Origin: Macrostomum lignano
Taxonomy: Eukaryota
Direction: 5' to 3'
Assembly: GCA_002269645.1 (NCBI GenBank)
Contig: NIVC01002103.1
Span: 1-62,083, forward strand
Length of the DNA stretch: 62,083 bases
Below, piece after piece: positions 36,736 through 50,152 of the stretch. Numbering within the stretch: the first letter of the stretch is position 1; every line of letters begins with the position of its first letter. The notes beneath the pieces are model-generated. The model ran no database searches, was not told the origin of the DNA, and worked only from the letters and a program-made list of their open reading frames with translations. A program made the translations under genes and the position numbers.

Positions 36736-38998
36736 GCTGTTTTTCTTTCAAATTGTTGACTGCTCAGATTTCGGATGAAAGCGGCTCAACTTTTGCTAGC
36801 TAAGGGGATATTTATTCAGCCCTAGCCGAATGCGGGAGATTTTCCCAGCCAATAGGGATTCGCTTTGCCATCATTTCGAGGGCTTTGCTGTTAATCCGTC
36901 TCGCTGCTCAGTCCGGCTGTTCCCTATGTTCCTGCTCTGGCAAATTCTTTTGCGGCTTCGATTACAAAGCGGCCGCAGCAGAAGCCACGAAGTCGCAATC
37001 TCGATATTATTAATTTGCGCGGCAAACCACTTCTATAATGAAACATAATGTCGATCATATAAAATGGCTATATTTGAAGTCTGGAAAAGTAATCCTTCCT
37101 TTTCGTCTTGACCCTCCTTAAGCAATGGAGTCTTCTCCTTCCTAGAAGTTTCCTGTAATGGGTAAAGCTGGATGCCCGAGCGTGCTGGGTTGAGTTGAAC
37201 CCCCGTTAGGTAGGCTGGTCGATTACTTATTAACAAGGATAAGGCATAGTGAGCCGAGTGAGTAGCTTAGCGGTCAGTAACATTCATTTGTGCTCTTGCA
37301 CGGAAATTGGCCGGTGGGTTGTCGTGCGTTTTACAGCCATGAGGGCCAACACCCCGAGGCACAGAGAGCGTACATGCCCCGAGGGTTAGAAAGTCGAGGA
37401 TGTACACCCCGTGTGAGCGTGTGAGATACGCCTGCCTACTTGGGCAGAATTGCCCCAGCGCTGGTTGTGCGACGGACGATGTCACCGAAGGCGTTGTGCT
37501 AGGGGTGCCCGCAGGCCTCCTGCTGTTATATATTGAACCTAAAAAGGTGTAGGCGTACCGCGGTAGCACCGCTTGCCACGGAGCAACCATAGGATAATAG
37601 AAATTAGTTATAGAAAAACTGGATCAAAAAGACTTCTGGATTATAAGTCGGATATCTAGAATCTCGAACTAGGATGGTGTGCAAGATTTTATTAAAAACT
37701 TCCTCCTGGAAATTCGTCTTTTGAGTTCAATTTGAGGTGCCACCTTGCACATGTAAAACGTTGCATGATTATGCCCCATTAGTTATTTCGCTTAGTCTCA
37801 GGGGAGGCGGTTTTGCATGAGCAACGTTCACAAATCAAGGCAAGTTCCCTGCGCAATCACTTTAGGATGGGTGTCTGGAAAATTCCCGAGACTTTTAATC
37901 CCAAAGCTAAAATGAAAGCAGCTACAGGCACTTTAAATGCGGCACTTTTTGTCTTTCTAATTTGTTCCATTCAAAAGTTATGCTTGAAAACCCATCGCAA
38001 TGCCACTGATCCACTTACAGCGAAAGTGAAAGTTATAGTCGTTGTTAATCTCGTAGCTTTGAGATTAAAAGTACAAAAACTGGAAAAGGGGGTTGTCGAG
38101 CGATGTCAAATCCATGAGGGCCAAACCTCCAAGTCCAAGGCACAAGGCCGAGAGCGTTGCACCAGAAGTGCGACATTGTGCCACAACCACTCCGCTGAGG
38201 TAATTCTGTCCGCTGACCTCCTGAGAGCACATTCAAGTGCGACAATGCTGTACGCAGGCCCGGACTCATACTCATATAATCAAACGTTTTTTTGCTTCGT
38301 AAAAATGGAAAATTCTGTGGAAAAGTGTATAAATTGCGGGAAGCCAGCGAAGAGATGAAATATCCAAATAGCTCCTGTCGAACTAATATAGTTGCTTCAA
38401 AGCAGCGAGCTGAGCCATGGGAGAGCTAATATTTCTGTCAAACGGCCGAGAGGAGAGCAGAAATGTACCAAGAGATTCGGTCGTGAGAAAAGAAAGCGAA
38501 TATTTAGCCGAATGACTGAGCACACAACGACATCATCCGCTCTCCGACTCTTTTGATCTATAGTTCTGCCTGCTTCTGCCGCTGCTGCTGCTATTGATGA
38601 TGTACTTTAGCAATCCAAGGGAATAATTAAACGCGTCAGATATTGCGAGCCAAAATTTATTAGACGCCATATAAGCTGTCCAAGCCGTTTTAGTGTATAC
38701 TGAATGTGTACCGGCTTGAAGTTATAAAGCTTATTGCACGAGCCACCGTATATGATCCCCAAGACGATTTAAACTGAAGCAGATCAAGTTCGGAGAAGAG
38801 TCAGACCAGCATCTCATACTCGTACATGCCCTATGCTTTAATTTACGAATCTGTTTGGCACTTTGCGCAGAAAAGTACGCCTCGCTCGGTTGTGAAGTCA
38901 AACTCTTTTCTACACAGTAGAGTTATTTGGAGCCTATCTTAACTCTTGCCCTATCTAACCCTAACCCTCGTAGGTCAAGGAAGTCTTATGGAAGTCAA

Positions 38999-41111
38999 GG
39001 ACAGTCTCGATTCTCACGACAACACGGTGAGGACAGTCTCGATTCTCACGACAACACCGTGTGGACAGTCTCGATTCTCACGACAACACGGTGAGGACAG
39101 TCTCGATTCTCACGACAACACCGTGTGGACAGTCTCGATTCTCACGACAACACCGTGTGGACAGTCTCGATTCTCACGACAACACGGTGAGGACAGTCTC
39201 GATTCTCACGACAACACGGTGAGGACAGTCTCGATTCTCACGACAACACGGTGAGGACAGTCTCGATTCTCACGACAACACCGTGTGGACAGTCTCGATT
39301 CTCACGACAACACCGTGTGGACAGTCTCGATTCTCACGACAACACCGTGTGGACAGTCTCGATTCTCACGACAACACGGTGTAGACAGTCTCGATTCTCA
39401 CGACAACACGGTGAGGACAGTCTCGATTCTCACGACAACACCGTGTGGACAGTCTCGATTCTCACGACAACACCGTGTGGACAGTCTCGATTCTCACGAC
39501 AACACCGTGTGGACAGTCTCGATTCTCACGACAACACCGTGTGGACAGTCTCGATTCTCACGACAACACCGTGTGGACAGTCTCGATTCTCACGACAACA
39601 CGATGTAGACAGTCTCGATTCTCACGACAACACGCTGAGGACAGTCTCGATTCTCACGACAACACCGTGATGACAGTCTCGATTCTCACGACAACACGCT
39701 GAGGACAGTCTCGATTCTCACGACAACACCGTGTGGACAGTCTCGATTCTCACGACAACACGGTGTAGACAGTCTCGATTCTCACGACAACACCGTGTGG
39801 ACAGTCTCGATTCTCACGACAACACCGTGTGGACAGTCTCGATTCTCACGACAACACGGTGAGGACAGTCTCGATTCTCACGACAACACGGTGAGGACAG
39901 TCTCGATTCTCACGACAACACCGTGTGGACAGTCTCGATTCTCACGACAACACCGTGTGGACAGTCTCGATTCTCACGACAACACGATGTAGACTGTCTC
40001 GATTCTCACGACAACACGCTGAGGACAGTCTCGATTCTCACGACAACACCGTGATGACAGTCTCGATTCTCACGACAACACGCTGAGGACAGTCTCGATT
40101 CTCACGACAACACCGTGTGGACAGTCTCGATTCTCACGACAACACCGTGTGGACAGTCTCGATTCTCACGACAACACGCTGAGGACAGTCTCGATTCTCA
40201 CGACAACACCGTGTGGACAGTCTCGATTCTCACGACAACACCGTGTGGACAGTCTCGATTCTCACGACAACACGGTGAGGACAGTCTCGATTCTCACGAC
40301 AACACGGTGAGGACAGTCTCGATTCTCACGACAACACCGTGTGGACAGTCTCGATTCTCACGACAACACCGTGTGGACAGTCTCGATTCTCACGACAACA
40401 CCGTGTGGACAGTCTCGATTCTCACGACAACACGGTGTGGACAGTCTCGATTCTCACGACAACACGGTGAGGACAGTCTCGATTCTCACGACAACACGCT
40501 GAGGACAGTCTCGATTCTCACGACAACACCGTGTGGACAGTCTCGATTCTCACGACAACACCGTGATGACAGTCTCGATTCTCACGACAACACGCTGAGG
40601 ACAGTCTCGATTCTCACGACAACACCGTGTGGACAGTCTCGATTCTCACGACAACACGGTGTAGACAGTCTCGATTCTCACGACAACACGGTGAGGACAG
40701 TCTCGATTCTCACGACAACACCGTGATTCTCACGGACAGTCTCGATTCTCACGACAACACGATGTAGACAGTCTCGATTCTCACGACAACACGCTGAGGA
40801 CAGTCTCGATTCTCACGACAACACGGTGATGACAGTCTCGATTCTCACGACAACACGCTGAGGACAGTCTCGATTCTCACGACAACACCGTGTGGACAGT
40901 CTCGATTCTCACGACAACACCGTGTGGACAGTCTCGATTCTCACGACAACACGCTGAGGACAGTCTCGATTCTCACGACAACACCGTGTGGACAGTCTCG
41001 ATTCTCACGACAACACGCTGAGGACAGTCTCGATTCTCACGACAACACCGTGTGGACAGTCTCGATTCTCACGACAACACGGTGTAGACAGTCTCGATTC
41101 TCACGACAACA
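38999..41111. repeat. 32-bp minisatellite (25 constant plus 7 variable bases), ~66 copies
   Basis: ACAGTCTCGATTCTCACGACAACAC followed by CGTGTGG, GGTGAGG, GGTGTAG, GATGTAG, GCTGAGG or CGTGATG. Confidence 0.97.
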
Positions 41112-41864
41112 CGGAGTTAACAATTTCAATTCACCAAAGAAAGCGAAATGCCTAATCTTATTTGCAGAGAAGTCCCAGACATTGCATGGCTAAAATTCTA
41201 CAGTTGACTCCTTTATTGATTTCCCAATGTAGCGATGGCGATCTTCTTCACGAGCGTCGACTAGATGGAAACACTGCCTCTATGCATCCCCCATATGCGG
41301 CGTCAAATAACAACATCGAGGTCGTTTTACAAAGACGTTGTTACATCGCTTCCTCTTATTTGTCTCATCAGCCGAAGGAAAGAAAAATGCTTCTTCTACA
41401 AAGAAGTAGCAATAACAGTTCAGGCTTTGAGGCTTTCATCTAACCATTCGTTTCATCTTCATTAGCTGATGTTAGCTAAAGCAATGTACATGTTGCCTCG
41501 ACAGAGAATTAGGCTCTTTCGGGCGATGTAAATATTGAATTGCAAAAGCAGAGCATACGAGCATATGGTAATAAATTTGGCACCTGTACCGATTGAGTAG
41601 AAAGCTGAGTTTTAATTTGAGGTTTCAAACATAATTTGCATTCTAGGAATAGACTGATAACATTGGATCGAAGTGCTTGATTATTGGTGGTAGAATTTGT
41701 GATTCATTTGTGATTAATGATGCTATTGGCCAAGAAATCAGGTTCATTGTTGATCAGAAGCACTGGATGTAATTTACCATCGATCGTTATGCATGAACAG
41801 TGATCAAGGATGTCTTTTATCAAGAATTATTTGCGCACTTTACCATTCACAAATCAAGGGTATG

Positions 41865-43795
41865 ATTGACCTAGAACTAAGAATTTGATTGAGACCGTAG
41901 AATCAAGGATGCACCACTAAATTAAGGATATGATTGATTGTAGAATACAGGATATGACCATAGTATCAACGATGTGATTGACCGTACAATCAAGGATATG
42001 ACCATAGAACCAAGGATATAACCATAGAATCAATGATATGACCATAGAACGAAGGATATGACCATAGAACCAAGGATATGACCATAGAACCAAGGATATG
42101 ACCATAGAACCAAGGATATGACCATAGAACCAAGGATATGACCATAGAATCAATGATGTGATTGACCGTAGAATCAATGATATGACCATAGAATCAAGGA
42201 TATGACCATAGAGCCAAGGATATGACCATAGAATCAAGGATATGACCATAGAACCAAGGATATGACCATAGAATCAATGATGTGATTGACCGTAGAATCA
42301 ATGATATGACCATAGAACCAAGGATATGACCATAGAACCAAGGACATGACCATAGAACCAAGGATATGACCATAGAACCAAGGATATGACCATAGAACCA
42401 AGGACATGACCATAGAACCAAGGATATGACCATAGAATCAATGATGTGATTGACCGTAGAACCAAGGATATGACCATAGAATCAAGGATATGACCATATA
42501 ATCAATGATGTGATTGACCGTAGAATCAAGGATATGACCGTAGAACCAATGATATGACCATAGAACCAAGGATATGACCATAGAACCAAGGATATGACCA
42601 TAGAACCAAGGATATGACCATAGAATCAATGATGTGATTGACCGTAAAATCAAGGATATGACCATAGAATCAATGATGTAATTGACCGTAGAATCAAGGA
42701 TATGACCATAGAATCAATGATGTGATTGACCCTAGAATCAAGGATATGACCATAGAATCAATGATGTGATTGACCGTAGAATCAAGGATATGACCATAGA
42801 ATCAAGGATATGACCATAGAACCAAGGATATGACCATAGAATCAATGATGTGATTGACCGTAGAATCAATGATATGACCATAGAATCAAGGATATGACCA
42901 TAGAACTAAGGATATGACCATAGAATCAATGATGTGATTGACCGTAGAATCAAGGATATGACCATAGAATTAATGATGCAATTGACCGTAGAATCAAGGA
43001 TATGACCATAGAATCAATGATGTGATTGATCGTAGAATCAAGGATATGACCATAGAATCAAGGATATGACCGTAGAATCAATGATTTGATTGACCGTAGA
43101 ATCAAGGATATGACCATAGAATCAATGATGTGATTGACCGTAGAATCAAGGATATGACCATAGAATCAAGGATATGACCATAGAATCAAGGATATGACCA
43201 TAGAACCAAGGATATGACCATAGAATCAATGATGTGATTGACCGTAGAATCAATGATATGACCATAGAATCAAGGATATGACCATAGAACTAAGGATATG
43301 ACCATAGAATCAATGATGTGATTGACCGTAGAATCAAGGATATGACCATAGAACTAAGGATATGACCATAGAACTAAGGATATGACCATAGAACTAAGGA
43401 TATGACCATAGAATCAATGATGTGATTGACCGTAGAATCAAGGATATGACCATAGAACTAAGGATATGACCATAGAACTAAGGATATGACCATAGAATCA
43501 ATGATGTGATTGACCGTAGAATCAAGGATATGACCATAGAATTAATGATGTAATTGACCGTAGAATCAAGGATATGACCATAGAATTAATGATGTGATTG
43601 ACCGTAGAATCAAGGATATGACCATAGAATTAATGATGTGATTGACCGTAGAATCAAGGATATGACCATAGAATTAATGATGTGATTGACCGTAGAATCA
43701 AGGATATGACCATAGGATCAATGATATGACTATAGAATGAAGGATATGACCATAGAATGAAGGATGTGATTGACCGTTTAATCGAGGATATGATG
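41865..43795. repeat. Compound 20/24-bp minisatellite
   Basis: AGGATATGACCATAGAA(C/T)CA interspersed with ATGATGTGATTGACCGTAGAATCA. Confidence 0.96.
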
Positions 43796-45115
43796 GATCA
43801 ATAGAATCTATTTAGGATAGGGCTGACTTTGAATCAAGGAGACGATTTACCAGAAGTCATGAATGCGATTAAACATTTTTAAATGCTTAAGAATACGGGT
43901 ATGACTATTAACCAGAGATCTAGCTTATCGAGAGTGAATGACAAGGAGAATGTAAAAAGACTCTATCTTCTTATCTTCCCGTAATCTAAAAGGTGGATTT
44001 TAATAGTGCACATGCAGATAATTAAATATTAAATATCGAATTGTCCTTAACTATAGCAGAATCATGAAATATTTGTGTTTTTCTTTGAATTTCACTTTCG
44101 ATTTCTCTGATCAACGCGTCATATTATGCATATGTTAGTTCGGCTCTAGCGACAAAGCAATAAATGAACGCGATTCAGCGAATTTCCTACTCGTTTATTT
44201 CTAGAAAAATCTGCGAAACCCACCCGTGCAGTCAAACTGCACCCCTCTTCAGTTGCTCACTTTTCCGCGATGTTATAATTACTCTAACCGTCTTCTCCCG
44301 TTGAGAACACTTCTTCAAAAACATCTATTTTGAGAGACCCCCGAGCTGTAACTTACGGTAATTTTCTACCGTATTGCCAAATATGGAAATTTCGGAAAGG
44401 TCTGGAGAAGTATACTGAAGCTGGATAGGCACTATAATTTATTTACCTTGAGTTCTTCGAACTTGATGCGAAATCACCTTGAACTTACTAAAATTTTTTG
44501 TTAAGCGAATTCGTAATCAACCTATAATTGTCGCATTTTAGTTACATGGTATAAGATTAGGGCCCGTGAAGCCTCCCTATCCAGCTCTCGGGCCTGCTAA
44601 AGGCTTGCGTCTCTTCTCAGCTCTCTTTCTCTTCCCTCTCCTCTATTAGCTCTCCTTTCCTCTCTCATCAGGCCTGCAGCAATCAATGAGCTGGATTCTT
44701 TATCTTGTCCTTGTGGTAAAAAAAGTTTGTCAATCCCTGCTGTAAAGGAAACGGAGCGCTCGCATACAAGCAGCCATTTCAAGCGAATTCATGGTTGTAC
44801 CTTGCTGGCTCTCTACAACGAACGGCCTAATTAAATTGGCCGTCTCACGGATGTATCCACCTTTTCTAAATGTCTACAAAGCTTGCTAATTGTAATGGAA
44901 CAAGTAGAGGTATATAGTGGCTTTTGCGTCAAACAACCGTAATGAGATTGAGTCTAGACTGCTTATTGATTTCTCTATACTGGGTCAGGTACGCGACATG
45001 AGCTTTTTGTCCCGGGCACCTTACGGCCGCGATTTTGCAAATCTTGCAAAAGCTTTAAATGACCAAATAACTATTCACCTGGACAGTTTAATGCAAACCT
45101 AAAACTTTGCTTCAG

Positions 45116-46108
45116 GGCGCCAAAATGAGTATCTGCAGCACCAGGATGAGTACCTGACAGCCAAAATGACTATTTGATGCTGTAGTCGGGCCTGAGGTGT
45201 CAAAATGACTATTTGATGCTGTAGTCGGGCCTGAGGCGTCAAAATGACTATTTGATGCTGTAGTCGGGCCTGAGGTGTCAAAATGACTATTTGATGCTGT
45301 AGTCGGGCCTGAGGCGTCAAAATGACTATTTGATGCTGTAGTCGGGCCTGAGGCGTCAAAATGACTATTTGATGCTGTAGTCGGGCCTGAGGCGTCAAAA
45401 TGACTATTTGATGCTGTAGTCGGGCCTGAGGCGTCAAAATGACTATTTGATGCTGTAGTCGGGCCTGAGGCGTCAAAATGACTATTTGATGCTGTAGTCT
45501 GGCCTGCGGCGTCAAAATGACTATTTGATGCTGTAGTCGGGCCTGAGGCGTCAAAATGACTATTTGATGCTGTAGTCGGGCCTGAGGCGTCAAAATGACT
45601 ATTTGATGCTGTAGTCGGGCCTGAGGCGTCAAAATGACTATTTGATGCTGTAGTCGGGCCTGAGGCGTCAAAATGACTATTTGATGCTGTAGTCGGGCCT
45701 GAGGCGTCAAAATGACTATTTGATGCTGTAGTCGGGCCTGAGGCGTCAAAATGACTATTTGATGCTGTAGTCTGGCCTGCGGCGTCAAAATGACTATTTG
45801 ATGCTGTAGTCGGGCCTGAGGCGTCAAAATGACTATTTGATGCTGTAGTCGGGCCTGAGGCGTCAAAATGACTATTTGATGCTGTAGTCGGGCCTGAGGC
45901 GTCAAAATGACTATTTGATGCTGTAGTCGGGCCTGAGGCGTCAAAATGACTATTTGATGCTGTAGTCGGGCCTGAGGCGTCAAAATGACTATTTGATGCT
46001 GTAGTCGGGCCTGAGGCGTCAAAATGACTATTTGATGCTGTAGTCTGGCCTGCGGCGTCAAAATGACTATTTGATGCTGTAGTCGGGCCTGAGGCGCCAA
46101 AATGAGTA
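45116..46108. repeat. 39-bp minisatellite TGACTATTTGATGCTGTAGTCGGGCCTGAGGCGTCAAAA, ~25 copies
   Basis: Highly homogeneous tandem units. Confidence 0.97.
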
Positions 46109-47309
46109 TTAACAACACCGATTATCAAAATATTATAGAGAATTTTCTTTTTGGATTGTTGGTTTTGTTGTTCCCTTCAATTCTCACCAAATTATAAACT
46201 CCGAGGTGACGATCCCTGTAATCAACTGATGTATTAATTTGAATAGAGGCGCGGTCTTGTACTTAATTTCTTATTCAAAGCTGCATGCTGATAGAAAGTC
46301 GTACTCACACCCTGCCTTCTCCATCCTATGGCAACTGTTTCTATGTGTGCGGTCGCCCACGCCCATTTCAAATTCTGCAGCGATTCTTTACATCTATGAG
46401 CTATTGAATTTGTTCCCTCAGAATAATTATAGATTGCTTTGTTAAGGCCCTGAGAAACCCAGCTCGTTTGTCTCAGGAGTCTATTAATTAAGAAGTCATT
46501 TTGCTAACTAGCTCATACCCCTGTTTTGTAGCTGAAATTTGTTGCTCATGAATCCTACAACACACAAAACTCATTCGACATTCGCCATCCAAGTATACGA
46601 GCGCCAAATCGTACTTATCGTACTGAGCCATCGTACTTATATGCATGTATACAATGTATACTCATGTACATATATGAATGATATATGTATGTCTTTAAAT
46701 GTTTAGAGTCCAGGCTTACCAGCTGTTACATGAGCTGGTATATGAATTACATGCATGCAAGTGGAGAGCTATTAATTACATGTAATATATACAGATGCAC
46801 AGTACATGCAACCGCATAATTTCTTAACGAGGTGTACGAGCTGTGTACGCTCGTACGTGTATGGTGTAGCTATATTAAAATAACCAATTGTACATTCGGC
46901 AATTACTACTGGTGCAGGTGATCGATCTGAAAGCTTCAATTTAGACCGGCCTTATAAGTGATTGAATAACAACAGAGTATATATATTGATTAGTGTCATG
47001 TTGTTTAGATAAAACCAGAAGGTTATAAAGAGTGAAAAGTGAAAAAAATGAATTATTGTTATAAAAATTTGCAAAATGAAAAGATGATAGTACGTAGCAG
47101 TGTGGCGGTGGCGGATCCAGCTACAAGGGAGGGGCAAGGGGGCCCATGACGGCCCCCTCGCTAAGGGCCGATTTTTTCTGGCATATTTTCCTTGTTTTGG
47201 CGATTTTTGCTTAATATGCCATGAAACATATTTATAGGAATTGTCTGTCTTTTTAAAACCTTTTTTCGACCGGCCTGGGAGTGGCATTGTACATGAATAT
47301 ATGATTCTG

Positions 47310-48075
47310 TCTAAAGCCTAATGAATTGATTAAACCAATGATGTAACCGCCCTTGTCGCCTGTCGGCTCCGTTGAGAGACGAACACATGACTAGAGGGGC
47401 AATGACCGTAGGCTGCCTATGACCGGGCAATGACCTGATGGACCTCCAGCACCAGACTGTCCCGCCCACATGATTGATAGCTTTGGTAGCGCTTTGTGAC
47501 CAGAGGGCCAAGGACCCACATGGACCCCACCTGTAGCCAAGGTGCAATAGTTGGTCACTCGGTCATGGTATGACCGAGTGGCTGCCACCACTCTATGTGA
47601 CCTGGCGCACCTGGATCTTACTACCAGACCTCTCGAGGCTAGAGCCCCGTCTGGGATGGTTACCAGGAGATTTAGGCTAACAGGGGAGACACATGCAGCC
47701 GAGTACAGGGACTCTGCTTGGGGCATGATCGGGAACTCTGGGCTCAATCTGGAGGATTTCTCAGCAGGGGATCCTTTGTGGCTGTGAGCGAGGCTGACTT
47801 GCGACTTTGATTACTAAGAGTAGTATGAGGCGAACATGTACTGTCTATAGTTTAGATTGCTCAGGGCGAAGGGACGCGTCAGCATGGGGTTGCAACCTTC
47901 CTACTGCCATTCTGTGCCAAGACTCGCTAATCCCTCTACTGCACGCACACACGGCCCCGCAGCACGCACTCACAGGCGAGCTTTGCACGGGGAGAGGCCA
48001 TTAGCTTGCCCAAACTTCCCTATGCTTTGCCACCCCGGGAGAAAGGCTTAGCAAGCCATGAGTGAAATGATGGTG
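47310..48075 (+). mobile_element. GC-richer block ending in a (GAT/AAT)-like tail; possible LINE/SINE 3' fragment
   Basis: Abrupt composition change, an internal 11-bp hairpin at 47556-47580, and the tail GAAATGATGGTGAAAGAGTGAATAATGATGAGG. No protein homology recognised. Confidence 0.3.
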
Positions 48076-48285
48076 AAAGAGTGAATAATGATGAGGTTAG
48101 TTAATAGTTAATAATTAGGCCCTTAGGCAAATAATCAGGCAATTAGGCGGCTTCACTATTGAGTAAAAATACAGCAAAAGGTACGGTATCACAACTGGCT
48201 CAGCTCTCTAATCAGACAATGGACAAATAGGCAAACTCCGGATAAGCAAAGGCAATTAGAGCACAAATCAGTAACAGGAACTTAC

Positions 48286-48711
48286 CGGCAGCTGCACAGA
48301 GAGAGAGAGAGAGAGAGAGAGACGGAGTGACCGAGGGCGGCTGTAGGCTGCAGTCAGGCGGACAGTGAAGCGGCGATGCGCTGAAGCGACGAGGCGCTGG
48401 TGTAGATCAGGCGAAGCTGATGATGCTGGGCGGTGTCAGACCGCTGGCCAATAGGCGAGCTCACTTGGGGAGCTGAAGAAAACTTGGCGGTAACAGACCG
48501 CGGACCGGCAGGGATTCGTCTTATAGACGAATGGGTCAGAACTCAGTCTGACGGCAAGTCTAAAGAAAGACTAGGAGCCCGAAGGTGGGCAAAAGTTGAG
48601 GATTCTCATGCCGAAAACCGCTTCCTTATATAGCCTTCCCAGCCGCCAAGGTCGTTTCCATGACTCCCTCTCTCTGATTGGCTGCCGGCAGAATGACGTC
48701 AGAATGAGTCA
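48286..48711 (-). promoter_or_regulatory. Pol II promoter (AP-1, CRE, CCAAT, TATA) plus a non-coding first exon ending in a consensus donor
   Basis: TGAGTCA at 48705-48711, TGACGTCA at 48694-48701, CCAAT at 48681-48677, TATATAA at 48632-48626, and CCG|GTAAGT at 48286/48285. A (GA)n tract lies at 48297-48322. Confidence 0.6.
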
Positions 48712-50152
48712 TGATGAGAAGCATGAGAACGGCATAGCAACATGAGAAATGGGAGAATTGCGCAATCCGGAGGTGGGGTGGGGGATTATTGGCGCAGCGG
48801 GAGGTCGAAAAAGTGTTGCGCAAGCAAACATTGAGAAACAATGGGGCTGGGGTCGAGAACAAAGGAATTGGAAATCGGGGATAATTGGGGAGAATCGAGA
48901 ACAATAGAAAAGCAAACATTGGGAAAAAGTTGATAATTAGGTGCGAAAACGAGAACAAAAGAAAGAGAAAATCGGAGAAAATGTGATAATTGGTGGGGGT
49001 AAAGAGAACAAAAGAATCAAAAACGAGAACAATAGAAGCGGAGGTGGGGTGGGTGTCGCATGAGAAATTTGGGGAGGAGAACAATAGCATAAGAAAAGGT
49101 TGCGCAAGAGAGGGGGGATGAGTCATCGATGAGTCATCGAAGGGAAGAAGGGGTCACACGACTTGCGTCACCGTTTGGGAGTTTGAGAAGGGATGGGGAC
49201 AGCTTGAGCGCATAAAATACTGTAAGTAGACGCAGAGAAAGGGGGGACAGCGCAGGAAAATAGTGCGAAAAGGGGCAAAAAGAGGGGAGACAGGAAAAGT
49301 ACATGAAGAATAGGGTGGAGCGCAGAGGAGATAGGGTAGAGGGGGAGGTACAAAGAGGGAGGGGGAGCTCCGGAAAGGCAAGTGTGGCGGCAGGGGAGAC
49401 GGAGCCAAGGCAGCAGGGGGGGGGTTGCAGCAGAGCGGGAGTCTCCAGGCCTGGGGGGTCGAAGACCTGGCCGAGTCTCAACAGCTCTGTGCAGGGGGTG
49501 CACGGCGATAGGAGGCACTTTCGAAAAAGTTCCCCTGCCCTATCCCACGACCAGAGCGTGGTTACATCACCAATAAAATTTATGGCATATTCATTTATGG
49601 GCCGACATGGCCGACACTCCCATGCATTTTGAAATTTCACGTTTTTTCGCCAAAAAATCCTCCCGTTCTGCAACCACTGCACCACCGATTGAGTTGAGTG
49701 AGGTGTCGATCGATAGAACACTTTAAGATCTATCGAATGAATATACTTTCAAGTGCAAAGATTTTTAACTGAGCCGCAAATTAACTGGAAAGACGATTTT
49801 TTTCAAAATTGCTTCTGGGGGAGATCTCAAAGCTTGATCGTACACTTTACGAGATACGGCTTCGACATCTGATGATCAAAGTTGTCAAACTAAATTTCCT
49901 ACAAAATGGTATAAGGCGCTTTGATTTATTTCAGTTTTGGTGGGTCTTTTTGGTAGAAAAATTACCCTCATTTTATTATTTCGCCACTTTTTCTTACGAA
50001 ACTGTTGCGCTTCAAAGCAGTGCAGTTAGATGCGCAATGCAAAAATCTACAAGTGTCTAAAGTTCTGTTTTCACGATTCTGTAGTGCTGAGAAAATCGAT
50101 AAGAATCGATTTTTCAAAAAATCACGTGAGTTTCGCATTATTGCTCATTGTA

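Noticed and set aside
38999-41111. CRISPR-like array
   Set aside because: The variable part is only 7 bp and reuses about six words; there are no cas genes, and the context is eukaryotic.
44446-44488. Possible minus-strand microexon (KFKVISHQVRRTQ)
   Set aside because: It has AG/GT boundaries, but no partner exons or recognisable homology, so it cannot be told from chance.
45099-46128. Mucin-like repeat ORFs (SHFDASGPTTASN)n and (LTPQARLQHQIVI)n
   Set aside because: A 39-bp unit keeps frames open trivially. Two frames are open at once, with no convincing start, signal peptide or splice context, and no synonymous-biased variation.
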